Source of the DNA: Candidatus Dormiibacterota bacterium
GTDB taxonomy: Bacteria > Chloroflexota > Dormibacteria > Aeolococcales > Bog-877
Length of the DNA stretch: 55,012 bases
NCBI GenBank assembly: GCA_027306655.1
Contig: DAHUZL010000053.1
Location: 1-55,012 of the forward strand
Direction: 5' to 3'
Each line of letters opens with the position of its first letter. The stretch's first letter is position 1. The translations under genes and the position numbers were made by a program. Positions 53,031 through 55,012 of the stretch are shown piece by piece. The notes under the pieces were generated by a model. The model had not been told where the DNA came from, did no database searches, and saw nothing but the letters and a program-made list of their open reading frames with translations.

Positions 53031-55012
53031 GTGCGCACGCCGTCCCGGGGCGGGGCCCGCCGCGCCGGGCAGCGGCTGCGCACACTGACGCTGACGCTGC
53101 TGCTCGCCGAGGGCCTCGGGGCGGCGCTGGCGGCCCCGCACCCCGGCCGTCCCGGGCCGGCCGGCTCCGGCGGCGCACCCGGCCTGGTCCTCCGCGCCGG
53201 GGCGCCCCGGCCGCGGAATCCGATCGGAGCGGATCGCACCAGCCAGCAGTGCGGGGGCATCCTCGACCCCGGCTGCACCATTCTCGACGCGATCGTGACG
53301 GGCCCGATCACCCTGATGGGCAGCCTCGACGGCAGTCCCGACCCGGCCCACATCGATCCCGTGTCGGGGGCGATCACGACCGGGCCCTGGCACTTCGTCA
53401 CCACGATGGTGGGCAGCAATCCCCAGGTGGACAGCTACGACGGCAGCCTGGGAGAGCCGGCCCACGCGTGCGGGGCTCAGGGATGCATCCCCTGGGTGGA
53501 GACCTTCGACCACCTCACCGTCCCCCTCTGCCTGGGCCTGCTGGTGCTGGTCTTCCTGGTGCAGGTGATCCTGTTCATGGCCGGGCAGCAGCTGCAGCTG
53601 CGCCGCCACGTGGTTCCCTGCCTGGTGGCGGCGGCGGTGCTGGCGGCCGATCTCCCCCTCCACGTCGCCGGCCGCATCATCGACGCCGGCAGCTGGCTGT
53701 CGCAATCGCTGGTGACGGCGGCGCTGCGCGCGCCGACCACCGCCCTGGCCACCCGCGGGGGACCGCTAAACATGATGACGGTGCTCGCCATCACCGCCTA
53801 CTGCCCTGCCGACAGTCCCATCGTGCATCCCGGGATCCACCTCGCCTGGCCGGGCACCTCCCCCCAGCTGGCGGTCCTGGTCAAGCCCTGGATGGATCCC
53901 ACCGACACCCAGTCCCACTGCATCGCCAGCGACGACCCTGACTTTGCCAAGGAGGTCCTCGACCGCAGCGACAACGTGCTCGGCCCTCCCCTCCACGACG
54001 TCAACTGCGACGCCACCGTGGTCGTCCCCAGCCAGCCCCTGTGCACCAACGTCGACAACTCCGTCAACGACAACCACAACCAGGACTGCCTCGAGGGCAG
54101 CGGCAGCGGCGACGGAGTCCAGGGCCAGCTCGGCGTCCTGCCGCTGCCGGGCGAGCCACGGGCGGGCCAGGGCCAGCGCGCCGCCGACTGCCGCTACGCC
54201 GACATCTACTGGGGGACCACCCCCACCTTCACCAATGTCTGGGCCGGCGTCGGCCCCCACGGACGCAACGGCTATGACGTGCCCGACGGTCTGGTGGGGA
54301 TGGTGGCATTCACCGTCCTCACCGGGCTGGCGGTGGTGGTCGCCTTCAGCTACCTGCTGCGCTACCTGGTGCTGTCGCTGCTGGCCGCGTTCAGCGCGGT
54401 GGCGGTGCTGGCGCTCGCCGTCCCCGGCGGCGGGGCGCTCTTCTCCCGCTGGTTGCGAGCCCTGGTCGGGCTCTCCCTGGTGGTGGTGGTGCAGACGGTG
54501 GTGTTCCTCGTGTTCGTGGCGGTGGTGTCGACCGCGTCGGGGCTGGCGCCCGCCAGCCCTGCGGCCGGCTGTCCGGTCCTCGCCCCGACGGCGGCGGGGT
54601 GCACCGCCGGGGCCGGCGGGGGCGTGCTCGCCGCGGTGGGCAGCGCCGCCCAGGGCGACCAGTTCGTCAAGTGCTGCTTCGCCATCCTCACGGTGTGGCT
54701 GATGCTGACCCTCCCCCGTCACCTCTTCCCCCAGGACATGGGGACGGTGCGGGCGGCTCGGCTGGTCGGTGCGGCAGGGCTGGCGACCGCCGCGGTCGGG
54801 GTGGGACTGGTCGCGCACGACGTGCCGCGGGCGGCGGTGCGGGCGACCCGGCGGATCGCCGGCGCCCCGATGCCGTCCGGGCCGCGGGTCGATCCCGCCG
54901 CCCCGGGCGACGGCTCTCCGCCAGCCGGGGCGGCCTCCTCGGACCGGACCGCGGTGGGGCGGTCCGCCACCACCCCGCCCACCGGGGCGCCGGCCGCGGC
55001 GCGCGGGCGCGG
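53031..55012 (+). CDS. Large cysteine-rich polytopic membrane protein, 5' partial (runs off the right edge); occupies the position of VirB6/TrbL
   Basis: Not in the supplied track because there is no stop in the window. The hand-translated frame is open from GTG 53031 to 55012. It reads VRTPSRGGARRAGQRLRTLTLTLLLAEGLGAALAAP (signal-like)...VPLCLGLLVLVFLVQVILFMAG...GLVGMVAFTVLTGLAVVVAFSYLLRYLVLSLLAAFSAVAVLALAV...LVGLSLVVVVQTVVFLVFVAVV...CCFAILTVWLMLTL... The composition is protein-like. The two tracked plus-strand ORFs and two minus-strand ORFs covering this region are Arg/Pro/Gly shadow frames. Confidence 0.7.
   Translation, partial: MRTPSRGGARRAGQRLRTLTLTLLLAEGLGAALAAPHPGRPGPAGSGGAPGLVLRAGAPRPRNPIGADRTSQQCGGILDPGCTILDAIVTGPITLMGSLDGSPDPAHIDPVSGAITTGPWHFVTTMVGSNPQVDSYDGSLGEPAHACGAQGCIPWVETFDHLTVPLCLGLLVLVFLVQVILFMAGQQLQLRRHVVPCLVAAAVLAADLPLHVAGRIIDAGSWLSQSLVTAALRAPTTALATRGGPLNMMTVLAITAYCPADSPIVHPGIHLAWPGTSPQLAVLVKPWMDPTDTQSHCIASDDPDFAKEVLDRSDNVLGPPLHDVNCDATVVVPSQPLCTNVDNSVNDNHNQDCLEGSGSGDGVQGQLGVLPLPGEPRAGQGQRAADCRYADIYWGTTPTFTNVWAGVGPHGRNGYDVPDGLVGMVAFTVLTGLAVVVAFSYLLRYLVLSLLAAFSAVAVLALAVPGGGALFSRWLRALVGLSLVVVVQTVVFLVFVAVVSTASGLAPASPAAGCPVLAPTAAGCTAGAGGGVLAAVGSAAQGDQFVKCCFAILTVWLMLTLPRHLFPQDMGTVRAARLVGAAGLATAAVGVGLVAHDVPRAAVRATRRIAGAPMPSGPRVDPAAPGDGSPPAGAASSDRTAVGRSATTPPTGAPAAARGR

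Larger units (their letters stand above)
50876..55012 (+). mobile_element. Fragment of a T4SS-type conjugative/secretion module (boundaries and mobility unresolved)
   Basis: T4CP, VirB2-like and polytopic-protein genes lie in series on one strand. No integrase, relaxase, tRNA or flanking direct repeat is visible in the window. Confidence 0.35.

Noticed and set aside
52719-54818. The tracked ORFs 52982-53941(+), 53944-54702(+), 52719-53705(-) and 53766-54818(-) were candidate genes downstream of the VirB2-like gene.
   Set aside because: All are Arg/Pro/Gly-rich. The untracked third plus frame (53031 to the window end) gives a signal peptide, multiple clean TM helices and normal composition, so it is the coding frame.
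1-55012. Many very long ORFs in the track lie antisense or out of frame to the genes I call. Examples are 383-2419(+), 5093-6517(-), 6655-8457(-), 8710-10671(+), 12205-13950(-), 14837-16525(+), 16474-17838(+), 18402-20591(+), 26387-28345(-), 31282-32946(+), 34081-35934(-), 34521-36452(+), 43835-44083 (the leading part of an ORF), 45360-46931(-), 47996-50173(-), 50458-52773(+) and 51137-52789(-).
   Set aside because: Their translations are dominated by Arg/Pro/Gly/Ala runs with no hydrophobic-core periodicity or family motifs. Each overlaps a frame with clear family signatures. This is the standard shadow-ORF artefact of DNA with >70% GC, where stop codons are rare in all frames.
1-55012. I scanned by eye for tRNA/rRNA genes (for example GGTTCGAATCC-type T-loops and conserved 16S/23S blocks).
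   Set aside because: None was recognised. Eye scanning is not exhaustive, so tRNAscan-SE or Infernal should confirm.

Overview
This is a very GC-rich bacterial chromosomal segment (by eye well above 70% G+C, with third codon positions almost all G/C). The six-frame track is therefore dominated by long Arg/Pro/Gly-rich shadow ORFs. I kept only frames with protein-like composition and recognisable family motifs. I call 46 protein-coding genes, one decayed aldo/keto-reductase pseudogene, and no rRNA, tRNA or CRISPR. Two of the genes are cut by the window edges and are missing from the supplied track: 1-211 on the minus strand, and 53031 to beyond 55012 on the plus strand. Most of the window (1 to ~50.2 kb) is tightly packed housekeeping or peripheral metabolism. 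It includes MFS transporters, an L,D-transpeptidase, threonine aldolase, two CocE/NonD hydrolases, a family-5 solute-binding protein, a GT1 glycosyltransferase, ribokinase, KorAB 2-oxoacid:ferredoxin oxidoreductase, a CBS-fused citrate synthase, acetyl-CoA synthetase, rhodanese, a six-gene lipid/glycolipid operon (acyltransferase, GT4, DegV, PlsY, fumarase-family lyase) and a class A PBP. Many gene pairs are translationally coupled by ATGA or GTGA overlaps. Four places stand out. (1) The right edge (50.2-55.0 kb) holds a type IV secretion/conjugation-like module: a receiver domain divergent from a VirD4/TraG-like coupling ATPase, a VirB2/TrbC-like two-helix protein, and a large cysteine-rich polytopic membrane protein that runs off the window. 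(2) At 29.6-31.1 kb there is a tandemly duplicated cassette of two distantly related secreted proteins. Each is preceded by TCTCAG direct repeats in exact 11-bp register at the same distance from a TAnCGT -10-like hexamer, and each is followed by a hairpin with identical 11-nt arms. (3) There is an orphan GHKL/MORC-like ATPase at 6691-8232. (4) There is a CBS-pair::citrate synthase fusion with a tiny upstream membrane-peptide gene. The gene content (PatA-like acyltransferase plus GT4, L,D-transpeptidase, MprA-box-like repeats) is compatible with an actinobacterial-type organism, but I cannot place it taxonomically from the sequence alone. All functional calls come from motif and family recognition by eye. 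No searches were run.
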